A stretch of DNA of 64,000 nucleotides. Origin: Hormiphora californensis. Taxonomy: Eukaryota > Animalia > Ctenophora. The first letter of the stretch is position 1. The number at the start of each line of letters is the position of its first letter. Location: the NCBI GenBank assembly GCA_020137815.1, contig CM035358.1, positions 4,154,001-4,218,000 of the forward strand, written 5' to 3'. Below the pieces are notes generated by a model. It worked only from the letters and a program-made list of their open reading frames with translations. It had not been told where the DNA came from and made no database searches. Made by a program: the position numbers and the translations under genes. Positions 1-29,683 of the stretch are shown here, piece after piece.

Positions 1-2645
1 ACCTTGTATCGTGTCGGATGTGATGGTATACCTTGTATCGTGTCGGATGTGACGGTATACCTTGTATTGTGTCGGATGTGACGGTATACCTTGTATTGTG
101 TCGGATGTGACGGTATACCTTGTATCGTGTCGGATGTGACGGTATACCTTGTATCGTGTCGGATGTGACGGTATACCTTGTATTCGTGTCGGATGTGACG
201 GTATACCTTGTATCGTGTCGGATGTGACGGTATACCTTGTATTGTGTCGGATGTGACGGTATACCTTGTATTGTGTCGGATGTGACGGTATACCTTGTAT
301 TGTGTCGGATGTGACGGTATACCTTGTATCGTGTCGGATGTGACGGTATACCTTGTATCGTGTCGGATGTGACGGTATACCTTGTATTCGTGTCGGATGT
401 GATGGTATACCTTGTATTGTGTCGGATGTGACGGTATACCTTGTATTGTGTCGGATGTGACGGTATACCTTGTATTGTGTCGGATGTGACGGTATACCTT
501 GTATCGTGTCGGATGTGGATGGTATACCTTGTATTGTGTCGGATGTGACGGTATACCTTGTATCGTGTCGGATGTGACGGTATACCTTGTATCGTGTCGG
601 ATGTGACGGTATACCTTGTATTGTGTCGGATGTGACGGTATACCTTGTATTGTGTCGGATGTGACGGTATACCTTGTATCGTGTCGGATGTGACGGTATA
701 CCTTGTATTGTGTCGGATGTGACGGTATACCTTGTATTGTGTCGGATGTGACGGTATACCTTGTATTGTGTCGGATGTGACGGTATACCTTGTATCGTGT
801 CGGATGTGACGGTATACCTTGTATTGTGTCGGATGTGACGGTATACCTTGTATCGTGTCGGATGTGACGGTATACCTTGTATCGTGTCGGATGTGACGGT
901 ATACCTTGTATCGTGTCGGATGTGACGGTATACCTTGTATTGTGTCGGATGTGACGGTATACCTTGTATTGTGTCGGATGTGACGGTATACCTTGTATTG
1001 TGTCGGATGTGACGGTATACCTTGTATTGTGTCGGATGTGACGGTATACCTTGTATCGTGTCGGATGTGACGGTATACCTTGTATCGTGTCGGATGTGAC
1101 GGTATACCTTGTATCGTGTCGGATGTGACGGTATACCTTGTATTGTGTCGGATGTGACGGTATACCTTGTATCGTGTCGGATGTGACGGTATACCTTGTA
1201 TTGTGTCGGATGTGACGGTATACCTTGTATCGTGTCGGATGTGACGGTATACCTTGTATCGTGTCGGATGTGACGGTATACCTTGTATTGTGTCGGATGT
1301 GACGGTATACCTTGTATTGTGTCGGATGTGACGGTATACCTTGTATCGTGTCGGATGTGACGGTATACCTTGTATTGTGTCGGATGTGACGGTATACCTT
1401 GTATCGTGTCGGATGTGACGGTATACCTTGTATCGTGTCGGATGTGACGGTATACCTTGTATTGTGTCGGATGTGACGGTATACCTTGTATCGTGTCGGA
1501 TGTGACGGTATACCTTGTATTGTGTCGGATGTGACGGTATACCTTGTATCGTGTCGGATGTGACGGTATACCTTGTATCGTGTCGGATGTGACGGTATAC
1601 CTTGTATTGTGTCGGATGTGACGGTATACCTTGTATTGTGTCGGATGTGACGGTATACCTTGTATCGTGTCGGATGTGACGGTATACCTTGTATTCGTGT
1701 CGGATGTGACGGTATACCTTGTATTGTGTCGGATGTGACGGTATACCTTGTATCGTGTCGGATGTGACGGTATACCTTGTATCGTGTCGGATGTGACGGT
1801 ATACCTTGTATCGTGTCGGATGTGACTGGTATACCTTGTATTGTGTCGGATGTGACGGTATACCTTGTATTGTGTCGGATGTGACGGTATACCTTGTATT
1901 GTGTCGGATGTGACGGTATACCTTGTATTGTGTCGGATGTGACGGTATACCTTGTATTGTGTCGGATGTGACGGTATACCTTGTATTGTGTCGGATGTGA
2001 CGGTATACCTTGTATCGTGTCGGATGTGACGGTATACCTTGTATTGTGTCGGATGTGACGGTATACCTTGTATCGTGTCGGATGTGACGGTATACCTTGT
2101 ATTGTGTCGGATGTGATGGTATACCTTGTATTGTGTCGGATGTGACGGTATACCTTGTATTGTGTCGGATGTGATGGTATACCTTGTATTGTGTCGGATG
2201 TGACGGTATACCTTGTATTGTGTCGGATGTGACGGTATACCTTGTATTGTGTCGGATGTGGACGGTATACCTTGTATTGTGTCGGATGTGACGGTATACC
2301 TTGTATTGTGTCGGATGTGATGGTATACCTTGTATTGTGTCGGATGTGATGGTATACCTTGTATCGTGTCGGATGTGACGGTATACCTTGTATTGTGTCG
2401 GATGTGATGGTATACCTTGTATCGTGTCGGATGTGATGGTATACCTTGTATCGTGTCGGATGTGACGGTATACCTTGTATCGTGTCGGATGTGACGGTAT
2501 ACCTTGTATTGTGTCGGATGTGATGGTATACCTTGTATTGTGTCGGATGTGACGGTATACCTTGTATTGTGTCGGATGTGACGGTATACCTTGTATTGTG
2601 TCGGATGTGGACGGTATACCTTGTATCGTGTCGGATGTGACGGTA
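1..2645. repeat. 29-bp tandem array (ACCTTGTAT[C/T]GTGTCGGATGTGACGGTAT)n, ~90 copies, runs off the left edge
   Basis: Directly visible head-to-tail period of 29 with no spacers. On the minus strand the unit equals the last 24 nt of the adjacent exon plus the donor GTATA. Confidence 0.98.
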
Positions 2646-2770
2646 CAGTTTAGCGAGGCAGGGCCGGGGGGACAAGTAAACGATTCGAGTGTTGCTGTTG
2701 GCGGAGAGGTGACGGTGCCACCAAGTGTTGCTGTTAGAAGGAGAAGTAGGAAGATCTGCCGGATGGTCAT
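2620..2770 (-). CDS. First coding exon of a secreted or membrane protein (signal peptide); the rest of the gene lies left of the window or in the array
   Basis: Manual translation from ATG 2770: MTIRQIFLLLLLTATLGGTVTSPPTATLESFTCPPGPASLNCTVTSDTIQ-G. Hydrophobic signal peptide; AACAG directly before the ATG; CAAG|GTATAC donor at 2620/2619 (phase 1). It is absent from the ORF track, probably because no stop occurs before the window edge. Confidence 0.7.
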
Positions 2771-2830
2771 CTGTTCATTGCAATAAAATCATTATTTATA
2801 GCATGGCTAAAATTGGAAAATAGGGCTATT

Positions 2831-3030
2831 ACAACAAGTCACCCTGACAACAAGTCACCCTGACAACAAGTCACCCTGACAACAAGTCACCCTGACAACA
2901 AGTCACCCTGACAACAAGTCACCCTGACAACAAATCACCCTGACAACAAGTCACCCTGACAACAAGTCACCCTGAAAACAAGTCACCCTGACAACAAGTC
3001 ACCCTGACAACAAATTACCCTGACAACAAG
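2831..3030. repeat. 16-bp minisatellite (ACAACAAGTCACCCTG)n, ~12 copies
   Basis: Direct tandem periodicity. Confidence 0.95.
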
Positions 3031-3763
3031 ATTATGTAAAAGATTCACAACATCTGATACTACTAGGATGCTGGGCTTCTAATTGCACTAGTACTAGGCT
3101 ACTCTTTAGGCTCTTTAGAGAGACATGATCTCATATGATTATAATATGATCACAGCTGCCGTGTGAATATTTAGTGTGGGACCTATATATCGAGAGAGGG
3201 GGTGAATAATTATGATTCTATGCAGCTGGCATTAGTTATTCATATTGGATAAAGTCACGATATTACTATTATAAAGTCGACGGTTTTCACACTTGGCGTA
3301 GATGAGAAAGGGTGAAGGTTGAACAATGAGCTATCAACAACATTATGGGGGGAGGACTGGGCCCCGGGCGCTCGCCAGCGCTATGACATTAAGTAGTAAC
3401 AACATCGCGATGATCAAGTGATACATGTTTCATGTTGAGTGTGGATCCACACCCTCCTGACCTCCTGACCCTCCTGAGTCACTGCACACGCAATTACTGG
3501 AATGTAATGTAATGTGCAACTTGCAGAAGGTACAATAATGGTCGACTGCACCTCCTCGATTCAATTCCTTGCAATGATCACTAATGAGTTATTGGTGCGA
3601 GTTATCGTTTGAAACTGCTCCCTTCTGCAGGGGGTTTTCAGACCACAGCCAGACACTAGGCTGGGGAATATGTAAATTGTAAAATGGTAAACGAATAACA
3701 ACATGGCCTTGATGGACGGTCATAGTTGTATAGAAGTAGAGAGGAACTAAAAACAGTAAAACA

Positions 3764-3912
3764 GTCCTTAGATACAGAGTCCTTAGATACAGTCGAGTCC
3801 CTAGATACAGAGTCCTTAGATACAGAGTCCCTAGATACAGAGTCCCTAGATACAGAGTCCCTAGATACAGAGTCCCTAGATACAGAGTCCTTAGATACAG
3901 AGTCCCTAGATA
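3764..3912. repeat. 15-bp minisatellite (AGTCC[C/T]TAGATACAG)n, ~10 copies
   Basis: Direct tandem periodicity; explains the ESLDT ORF. Confidence 0.95.
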
Positions 3913-4149
3913 TAGAGAAGAAGATATAGCTTATACAATGGCAGTATTAGTTGTCCTATAAACAGAAGGGAACAGCTAAGGACTTGTGATCTAGCTGCTG
4001 CAGTAGCTTGTAGCTCTACTTTCGCCACGAGCGGTGTAGTACAAGATATACTGCTGCAGTAGATAATTAGGAGCAAAAATATCTCCTTTTTACTGGCAGC
4101 TGCACCTGTCATATTTCACTCCTAATTTTATACAGACTCCATAATCTTT

Positions 4150-4179
4150 TTCTCTCGCTCTCTCTCTCTCGCTCTCTTG

Positions 4180-4230
<51 letters not shown>
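4150..4230. repeat. (CT)n microsatellite
   Basis: Visible dinucleotide run. Confidence 0.95.
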
Positions 4231-4233
<3 letters not shown>

Positions 4234-5099
4234 AGTCCTGTTTCTCTATATGCATCCAATATTTTTACCCGTCGTTAGTGTAAACGGTTCTAATAACCCA
4301 ACGGCGGAGAGAAAAAAGGAAGATTATAACACCAACGACCGAGTGATCTAAAGCGTCAATGACCGAAAAATCGTAGCAGCTTTGTGGTAGAGAGAGAGGA
4401 GCTGGTGTAAATTATGTTCAACAGCTGGGACAATACAAAGCATGTGAGACACCGAAGACGCGGAAAGTGGCACATGGGTATTGAACAAATGCATTTGTAC
4501 ACATAAATATGTTATAGTAAGCTGCTCCCATAGATACCAATTGGCCCCTGCTGCAGTACATTAGTACAGTGCATAATAGAAGGTGTTTATATGGCCCACG
4601 TATTCACAATGGAACTAGCGTAATGGAAGGAGATCGTAGGAACAAATTATCAAACTGTGAGAAGGTCAGGAAATAATTGTCAAACAAGCAAAAAGAAGGC
4701 TGATCTGAACCGATATAAGAGACACTTAGACGGTGAAAACAGATCATTATCTCGATATCTCGACACTTGTAATTGGTAGCTGTTATCTCTCTCCCGAACT
4801 CGCACAGCCGGCTGCAATTGGTATAAATTGGTTAGTTATCTTTCTCTCCAGACCTCGTTCAGTGAAATACCTTGGTCAGCTGCTTCTCTCTGAGTATTTC
4901 TTTTTTGATCTTCTTAATCTCCCTAGTAGTTTCTGTTTCAATCTCTGTCACTATTTGGCTCTTCATCTCTTCATCTTTTTCTCTCTTTCTCTCTCCTTCT
5001 CTCTTTCTATGAAGCTATTTAGCTATCGATATCAACTAGCAAAACTCTTCTGGCTGCGGTTTTTAACCGATACGCTTGAGACTGCACAATTTCCACACA

Positions 5100-5294
<195 letters not shown>

Positions 5295-5298
<4 letters not shown>

Positions 5299-7403
5299 TC
5301 TTCAGCGACATCGTCGCAAACGTGTGTGCCAGACATGCTCCAGACCACGCAGCCTCTAAGAGTAAATCTTTTATCCCCAGAGATAGGAGGCTTCTTTTAA
5401 GGAAAAAGAGGCAACTCAATACAAGAGTCAAGGTAGTTAAACAGCTTAGACCTGATGACGTAACGAAATTAGAAGAGTTAAACTCCAAGTTAAGTAATAT
5501 TGAGTTAGAAATGGGATCTAGCATTGCTAATCAGGGGATACGAGAGGAAATTACTGCCCTTAAAAAAATGAAAACGAATCCCAAAGCATTCTATTCTTAC
5601 ACTAATAGAAAAAAGAGTTCTGCCAGTGGAATAGGTCCCCTCAAAGACAAAGATGGTGTTTTACAAGCAGACCCAGTTGTTATGGCTAACATATTGCAAG
5701 AACAATATAAAAGTGTGTTCAGCCCACCGACTGCGACAGAACTGCAGACCAAGGAAAAACTTGCTCCAGAAAAGACACTCAATGATGTCAATATAACAGC
5801 TGATCTGGTTTTAAAGGCGATACAAGACATCCCTCCTGGATCCGCACCGGGTCCTGACAAGTTCCCGGCTATAGTGTTAAAGGAGGCTGGTTCCCTCCTC
5901 TCGCCTGTAATGGCGAACTTATGGCGAAAGTCAGTTGACACAGGTGATATAGCTCCTATTTTCAAACAACAGACGATTGTACCTGTGTTCAAAAAGGGAA
6001 GTAGAGCTTTAGCGGCTAACTATAGGCCGGTATCTTTAACCTCCCACTTGGCCAAAGTAGCCGAACGAGTTGTCAGATACCAATTATCTGACTTCGTGGA
6101 GAATTCTGGTTTCTTTACTACTGCACAGCATGGTGGGAGAACCGGAAGATCATGCTTCACCCAATTGGTACAACACATTGACGATATACTTCATGACCTC
6201 GAACAAGGGTACAATGTGGATGTGTTATACCTCGATCTAAGCAAGGCATACGACCGAGTAAACCACGCTAAACTCCTTCAGAAGTTGGAGTCATGTGGCA
6301 TTGGGGGCACCCTCCACAAATGGTTGAAATGCTTCCTAACCAATAGGACTCAAGTCGTGGTCGTGAACGGCAAACTGTCAGCCCCAGCTGATGTCCTCTC
6401 GGGAGTCCCACAGGGCACAGTGTTGGCAGCCCTTTTATTCCTCATTTACATGAATGATATCCCGAGTGCCACCCAACATTCCAAAATAAAACTCTTTGTT
6501 GACGATGCTAAAGTCCACAAAAGAATAGCCTCTGAACATGATAGAGCTCTCCTCCTTGAGGACATGGAGAGAATTGATGACTGGGCTAAAAGGAATAGTA
6601 TGGAGTTTAACACCTCTAAGTTCCAATTGCTACATCATGGAAGCAACACGGAGCTGAAAAAACCGTACACTCTCAAATCTGAGACTGAAGTCGAAAGTTC
6701 AGGAGAAGTGCGAGACTTAGGAATCCTGATAGATGGCTCCCTCTCGTGGAAGGCGCACATATCGGATATAGTTAAAAAGGCCAAGAAAATGGCCTCATGG
6801 ATCCTGAGATCCTTTAGCACGAGAAAACCGGAACACATGCTCCTACTTTACAAGGCGTATGTAAGACCCCACATTGAGTATTGCTCATCGCTGTGGTCTC
6901 CCCATCTTATTGGAGAGATTGAACGACTTGAGGCAATCCAGAGATCCTTTACTCATACTCTGGAAGGATGCGACAATCTTGATTACTGGGATCGTCTCAA
7001 ATTCCTAGGGCTGTGGTCCCTACAAAGAAGACGTGACAGATTCAAGATCCTGACTATGTGGAAGATATGGCGAGGTCTACTACCAAACCATAGCAACATA
7101 ACATTTCGGAACTCCCCAAGACACGGGCCAAGTGCAGAACGTCCACTGGGAAAGGCCACCTTGAAGAGCGTCAACACGATGATATATAATTCCTTTACAT
7201 CATCTGCGATAGCACTTTTCAACGCTATGCCTGCCCATATGAAGACACAGGAATCCCTTGCCGGCGCTAAAAGCGCCCTTGACTCCTTCCTGGCTGGTAT
7301 ACCCGAAAAACCTCCTGTCAAGGGCTATTGTTGTCCTAATAACAACAGTGTGAGCAGCTGGTTAAGTACAGGCTTATCTACAAAGGTAAGACCTAGCGCT
7401 TAA
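5295..7403 (+). CDS. LINE ORF2 reverse transcriptase (N-terminally truncated, uninterrupted)
   Basis: Motifs APGPDKFP, NYRPVSLTSHLAKVAER, QHGGRTGRSC, YLDLSKAYDRV, GVPQGTVL, LFVDD, RDLGILID, LYKAYVRPHIEYCSSLWSP. The LSLS N-terminus in the ORF track is translated microsatellite. Confidence 0.93.
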
Positions 7404-7440
7404 GCGCTAAACCGTTCTTCATAGGTTTTCATAGGTTTTC
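5295..7440 (+). mobile_element. 5'-truncated non-LTR retrotransposon (CR1/L2/Jockey-group LINE)
   Basis: RT ORF without the APE endonuclease part; very short 3' UTR ending in the tandem tail ATAGGTTTTC x2 (7421-7440); (CT)n on both sides. Confidence 0.9.
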
Positions 7441-8301
7441 ACACTCTCTCTCTCTCTCTCTCTGCCCACTATATCCTGTCCACAGCTGATCAGTTCTGTC
7501 AACATCTCAACTTTTATACCACTGACACAATAGAACACTTCATCTTAACTATATCAGCCACTACTCAATAAAAACTTCGTCTGAATAGGTAGCTACAGCC
7601 ACTACGCACTACGCAGCTGCAAATATCTACCTAAAACTTCTTCCACATTTCCACAAGAGTTTAGTAGATGTTAGCACATGTTGGCAAAACTTACAAAGCT
7701 ATAGCACTCCTCTCACAATTTCAGAAATTGGCCATATGATAAAGCCACAGCCCCTGCCCCTTTTCAATCAATTAACCAACCGACCAGTTCACCCACATGA
7801 CTCATGTGGTCGAGTTGGTTGGCCAACTCTGTATATATGGCCAAGCTAACAACTCGCCGCAAACACTGGCCAGTGTCACGTAGTGTATTCCAGTTTTCAA
7901 TTAAGATTTCTGCACAGATCCATATCTGCGGTTTGTGTTCGGTAATAGGTTTTCAATGGCAATAAAAGAGTGCAATTACACAAACAATTAACTCTATAAC
8001 GACAACTTGGTTGCAGTAATTGTTGGAAAACTAGGATCTACTGTCAGACTAATGCTCTGACCGCTGTTCTCTTGAAAGAAATGAGAATAGGGTCAGGCCA
8101 GAGCATCTCAGCTGTTAGACTAACGAGGAGAAATTTGTTCGAATCCCAACTGCTAAGAAAAGGAAAGCTGTTCGGTAAACAAAGGTACACATTGCTCTAC
8201 AATTTCACGTCTCTGTTCTGTGAAGTAATTAGTATCTTAGATATAAACTAATTAGCATGGTCATGTTAGTAAGATATACGTTTCGAAGTATACCATCATA
8301 T

Positions 8302-8388
8302 CAGGAACCGACCGATTGGCTGATAACCAGTCACGTGACCCAAATACCGAGTTCTGATTGGTTGTTTACTTGTTTCGGTCGGTTCCTG
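8302..8388. mobile_element. hAT-like MITE family A (internally deleted copy)
   Basis: TIR CAGGAACCGACCGA...TCGGTCGGTTCCTG; perfect 8-bp TSD CATCATAT (8294-8301 / 8389-8396). Confidence 0.9.
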
Positions 8389-8925
8389 CATCATATGGTA
8401 CAAAAGATCACAGCTCCCATCAGCCATGTCTCTACTCGGAGCTGAAGACATCATGAGCAAGAGGACAAGAGGTTTCTTCTGTCGTTCTCCTGCAGGGGGC
8501 TGCATTACTCGACTACTATTTGTGTCACTAAAATCCTATGATGCACAGGGATGAAAGTATAACACTTGACTGCAGCCTGTGCTGCATGAGTTAAAAACCT
8601 GAAACTGTGAAATATGCAAAGTATGGCCAAGGTGATATGCTGCATATACACATGTCAACTATCATGTGAGTCTGATGTTTTCAACTTTTATTTATGCTTC
8701 CTGAAAAGTAATACACGTGTGAAACGCGTCATAAAGTGCACTCCTGCGCAATAGATTTTATTGGACAAATAACATATTTGGGGGCAGGAGAAAACGTAGC
8801 ACATTATCACCCCTCTACGAATAGCAAATGGGTCGCTAAAGGGACATGTAGGTTGTATATTACAATTCAAAGTGTCCTACATATATTCCGTTTCTCACTC
8901 TCGCTGAGCTCAACTGAGCCTACTA

Positions 8926-10488
8926 CAGGGTGTCCCATATATTCTCCGGGTCGGTTGGCGAGCTGTCATGCAAAAACGGTGATAGTTGTGTGAAAACAAA
9001 CTGCGGGAGTGTGCTGGATTAATTCCTTCCTAACTGATGGCTTTGTTTTAAAATTAAATTTCAAAAGTTCATTTTTCATGAATGAACATTGCTGCCGTTC
9101 ATTCATGAATTCTGAAATATTGTTTACCTTGAGTAAGTAACTTTTCTTTGGCTCGCAATTATCTTTCCAATGAGCACCATAAAACTCAAATTGAAGCACC
9201 AGGTCACATGACAGTTGAGAAAATGAACATGCATGATTTTGGCTCTTTTTGCGACTTTCAATCGGCTGTATCACCGCTACCTTATCTTCAATCGTTTTGA
9301 AACTTTGGGTGAACATTGGATAAGCAAAGATCTTTGCTCACAAGAAAAATCAAGGTCAAAACTCAAAGTTCATTTTTAAGTTTTGGTAGTTCATTGCACT
9401 CATTCAGGAACCAACAACCCTAAAGTGATGAAAAGTGTTGGATTTTGTTTGGCCCATGTCCTGCAATGACAGAGAGGTGTAGTAACGTGTTTCCGAGCTA
9501 GTTAGTGGGTGCCATGTGATCATGACGATATCTGACACCTTCGTTGAGCAATAATTAAGAGATTTTCTCAAATTAAAGCATGTGATTCAGGTCTTATGCG
9601 ATTGGTATCGTGCAGCAATCTTGAGAGATCTCATAGCACCTCAAAAATGATGAAAAGTTCAATGAATTGAGTTGATTTATTATCGAAAATGGTCGTTGAG
9701 TTCAATGTGGCATCGGTTTTAATCTTATTGAGCATAAATCAACTCAATTCATTGAACTTTTCATCATTTTTGAGGTGCTATGAGATCTCTCAAGATTGCT
9801 GCACGATACCAATCGCAGAAGACCTGAATCACATGCTTTAATTTGAGAAAATCTCTTAATTATTGCTCAACGAAGGTGTCAGATATCGTCATGATCACAT
9901 GGCACCCACTAACTAGCTCGGAAACACGTTACTACACCTCTCTGTCATTGCAGGACATGGGCCAAAAAAAATCCAACACTTTTCATCACTTTAGGGTTGT
10001 TGGTTCCTGAATGAGTGGAATGAACTACCAAAACTTAAAAATGAACTTTGAGTTTTGACCTTGATTTTTCTTGTGAGCAAAGATCTTTGCTTATCCAATG
10101 TTCACCCAAAGTTTCAAAACGATTGAAGATAAGGTAGCGGTGATACATCCGATTGAAAGTCGCAAAAAGAGCCAAAATCATGCATGTTCATTTTCTCAAC
10201 TGTCATGTGACCTGGTGCTTCAATTTGAGTTTTATGGTGCTCATTGGAAAGATAATTGCGAGCCAAAGAAAAGTTACTTACTCGAGGTAAACAATATTTC
10301 AGAATTCATGAATGAACGGCAACAATGTTCATTCGTGAAAAATGAACTTATGAAATTTAATTTTAAAACAAAGCCATCAGTTAGGAAGGAATTAATCCAG
10401 CACACTCCCGCAGTTTGTTTTCACACAACTATCACCGTTTTTGCGTGACAGCTCGCCAACCGACCCGGAGAATATATGGGACACCCTG
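8926..10488. mobile_element. Fold-back non-autonomous Tc1/mariner-type element (755-bp arms, 53-bp spacer)
   Basis: TA|CAGGGTGTCCC...GGGACACCCTG|TA. Arms 8926-9680 and 9734-10488 are near-perfect inverted copies, giving the mirror ORFs 8966..9316 and 10098..10448. Confidence 0.92.
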
Positions 10489-10646
10489 TATATGCCTAAT
10501 TCCCAGACTTCGTTCTACCTAATTTATAACTCCTACTCATGAGCAAATTCATGAGAGTGACTGTGAGACTGTGAGAGATGGTGGGTGAGAGAGTCAGAGA
10601 GAGAGAGAGGGGGAGATATGGAAAGAACCAGAGCTGACTCATAATA

Positions 10647-10746
10647 CAGTCGGACCCCGATTTACCGGGATGCTCGGGGGAAAGGGTTTTTCCCGGTAAA
10701 TCGGGGTACCCGGTATATTGGGGCGCGGTAAATCGGGGTCCGACTG
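10647..10746. mobile_element. Tc1/mariner-pogo-type MITE (degenerate relative at ~23950-24030)
   Basis: TA|CAGTCGGACCCCGATTTACCG...CGGTAAATCGGGGTCCGACTG|TA. Confidence 0.88.
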
Positions 10747-11454
10747 TATATGTAATTGAATGACATGTGTGTCATGATAGAGACGGTATTGTTACAGCTG
10801 TTGAAAATAATTATCAGATTTAAAATACAGGTGAGAAATCAGGGGGCTACACAAAATGAGAAATAGGTCGATAAAATAGGTACAAAATGGGAAGATATAA
10901 TCTCCTCTTGCACTTCTCATGTCCTTTTTCCAAAACGACTGTTTTCTTTCTTTATTTCTTCTCTCAAAGGAGATCTAGCTTACAACAGATCCTCTGTCTC
11001 CCTATATATTCAGCTCATTATACCACTCTCTAAATTCTCCCTCCCAAAAGCCTATCTTACACCCTGCACCTGCTCCCAGTACAACTCCTTATCGACCTTT
11101 ATGTAGTTAAGTGTATTTTGGGCTATAGGCTCATGAACTTACATCACGTGCAAATCAGCTCCAATCTATTATTTCGACGATAAAATATTTTATGCTTTTC
11201 TTCTCTGATTGTGAAACGACTTTTCTCGCCCAGTATGAAATGTTTTCTTTTTTACAGGGTACCATCATGCGACATGCAGATCAGCGTTCCACCTATGGCA
11301 TTAGCATCGGGGGGTATATTATAGTGATCTCACAGGGGGATTATGATGGTCACGTGACCAGTATAGATCACGTGACAGAGCTGTCGAGTGTGCTGATCCC
11401 CCCTCCACCAGGTGCAGGACAAGTTGTTATGCCAGATCGAGAGTGGTGCAGCAG

Positions 11455-12050
11455 GGAGAGAGAGACAGGGAGAGAGAGAGGCACAGAGGGGAGGGAGAGG
11501 GTGTGCAGCAGGAGGGAGAGAGGGAGGGGAGGACTGAGGAGGGGTAGAGGGAGGGATAGGGGGAGAGAGGGGGAGAGAGGGAGGGGAGGACTGAGGAGGG
11601 AGAGGGCCAGGGATGGAGAGAAGGGGAACTCATTGGGCAGAGAGAGAGGCTATGGGTTACAGGGAGAAGGGGAGGGGATCATGGGGCAGAGAGAGAGAGG
11701 GATCTGATAGGGTGGAGGGAGAGAGGATCCTCGAGAGAGATAGATCGATTGTGGAAGAGGCAGAGAAAGGGGAGGGAGTTTGAGCGTTTACACCCAGAAA
11801 ATAATACGAGACCACCTGTCTGGAAGGAAGGTATCTGGAAGAAATAAAAAGTGAGAAAATCAGAGAGAAATCGAGAAATTTAGAAATAATATAGTAAAGA
11901 ATCCTGATGTCGATTGAATAGATAAATAGAGAAGATTGTAACAAAAGAGAGAAGAGAGAATAGAGATATTGAGAGAGAGAGAGAGAGAAAGAGAGAGGAT
12001 AAGGACTTATGAGAAAGGTGGGATATTGAAAGAGAGAGGTGAGGAACAGG
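11455..12050. repeat. GA-rich low-complexity tract
   Basis: Purine-rich degenerate GA/GGA repeats. Confidence 0.8.
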
Positions 12051-12586
12051 TGTGACCCTCATACTGTTCCAGTATTCGAATTTTTTGTTCCTTTGTGGTC
12101 AGTGTTTTCCTTACCAAAGCTCTGTGAGCAGCTGTTATCAACAACTATATCTTTGTACCCACACGTAGCTTGTTTTTTTCCACCCTTTTTCTACCCACTA
12201 CACCAATAAATGCTATATTATTGTTGGTATATAGACATGACTGACAGCTGTCCTCCACTAGTGTCAATAGTTTCATGTTTCAGTTTGGCATTACACACCC
12301 TATATAACAGCACTATATTTATCTCTGTTTTAGTTTTGCAATCTATATTATAAACTGAAAAAGTTGTGTCTTTATTAAAATCATCTATGAGCCCCATTAT
12401 CTGCCCACAGCTAACCCTCTAAAGTCGGTGGCAAATACATAACAGTAGGTATAGCGTAGATGAGGGAAAAAACATTTTAGCGCTGTATTATAGATCTCTC
12501 TCTTTTTCGCTGAAATTGTCTCCTTTCTCATCTACGCCAAGTGTGAAATCCATCTGTTTTTATAGCACCATGTTATTTTGTGACCC

Positions 12587-28601
<16,015 letters not shown>

Positions 28602-28971
28602 CTTGCTGCACTAGACAAGCTGTGGTACTAGGACCTGTCAATATGAGTAGAACATGAAGGTAGCAGGGTGCAGTTCTAGTGTTGCACTAGACAATCTGAT
28701 ACTGTGGTACTTGCAAAATGGACATTCTGTCAGGCCAATGCGATGAGATGTCAGGCCACCAAATCTCTGACAGAAGACACAGTTTGTTTGGGGTGATGAT
28801 GTGGTGGTTAGAATGATTATTTGAGATGCATCTAGATGTGAAGTAGCATTCTTGACCTGGTGAGTGTAGAAATCGCCAGTGTTGTCGATATGTTTGGTTG
28901 GGGTTAACCTGCAGGGTAGATGTTTGAAACTTCCATTATAATAGTTTGGCCAGCCGCAAGAAGATGGTAGA

Positions 28972-29048
28972 TTGGTGACATATAGACACCTGGCGCGACC
29001 CCCGTGTGTGAGCTCAGTCTTGGTCGCGCACGGTGTCTATGTCACCAA
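28972..29048. mobile_element. Ultra-short MITE family B (MULE-like 9-bp TSD)
   Basis: TTGGTGACA...TGTCACCAA; TSD GATGGTAGA / GATGCTAGA. Confidence 0.8.
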
Positions 29049-29683
29049 GATGCTAGACTGAAATGCAGTGACTATCAATATATAATGATGTTTTGACACT
29101 AATTATTATTTTATTGCTGACTGTGTGCATTGATTTACTTGTAGATGTTTCTTTTAAAATGTAGTACTTATTTAGAAGTTATATCTTTCTGGAATATTTT
29201 AAACCGTTTTGCCCTTTTAAATCCGCCTGTTCAGAGAATACAGGGTATTTCCCGTTTTCGCTGGAAACACCCTGTTGAGATCGTATCGTGATGGTTGGGA
29301 ATTCGGAGGACAACTAACTATCTGGTGGTGCAGACACGATCTGAGTGTACAAAACAGGGTCTGGCGCCGCCATGCATTAGACAGGAGTTGACTGGGGCGT
29401 AAACCATAGAGCTGGCAGTTTATACAAAGAAATGACTGCCACTATTATTATAGTACATGATTGTAAAGTCGTGCCCGGTTCGGAGAGGGCAGTCTGTTTT
29501 GTGTGACAAAGAAATGACAAGTAGATTAACCTCACTGCTTAAAAATGTTCAAATATATTAAATACAACCAAAACGGAACTCAAATAACTCACACACACGC
29601 ACTCACACCAAAACAAATCAATAATAAAAACAACGATCAAATATCATATCAGTAGAATATATCAAGAGAGGGGGGGGGGAAGA

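Noticed and set aside
1-2645. CRISPR array (29-bp repeat)
   Set aside because: Units are head-to-tail with no unique spacers, there are no cas genes, and the context is eukaryotic.
8966-10448. Duplicated 116-aa 'gene pair' on opposite strands (likewise ORFs in 15005-16180, 22670-23787, 44446-46389)
   Set aside because: Mirror ORFs produced by the arms of fold-back elements; no transposase or other domain motifs.
11192-11707. 171-aa ORF with a GDYDG..DHVT segment, faintly echoed at ~35460-35520 (-)
   Set aside because: Half is GA low complexity, and no consistent exon chain or domain could be built.
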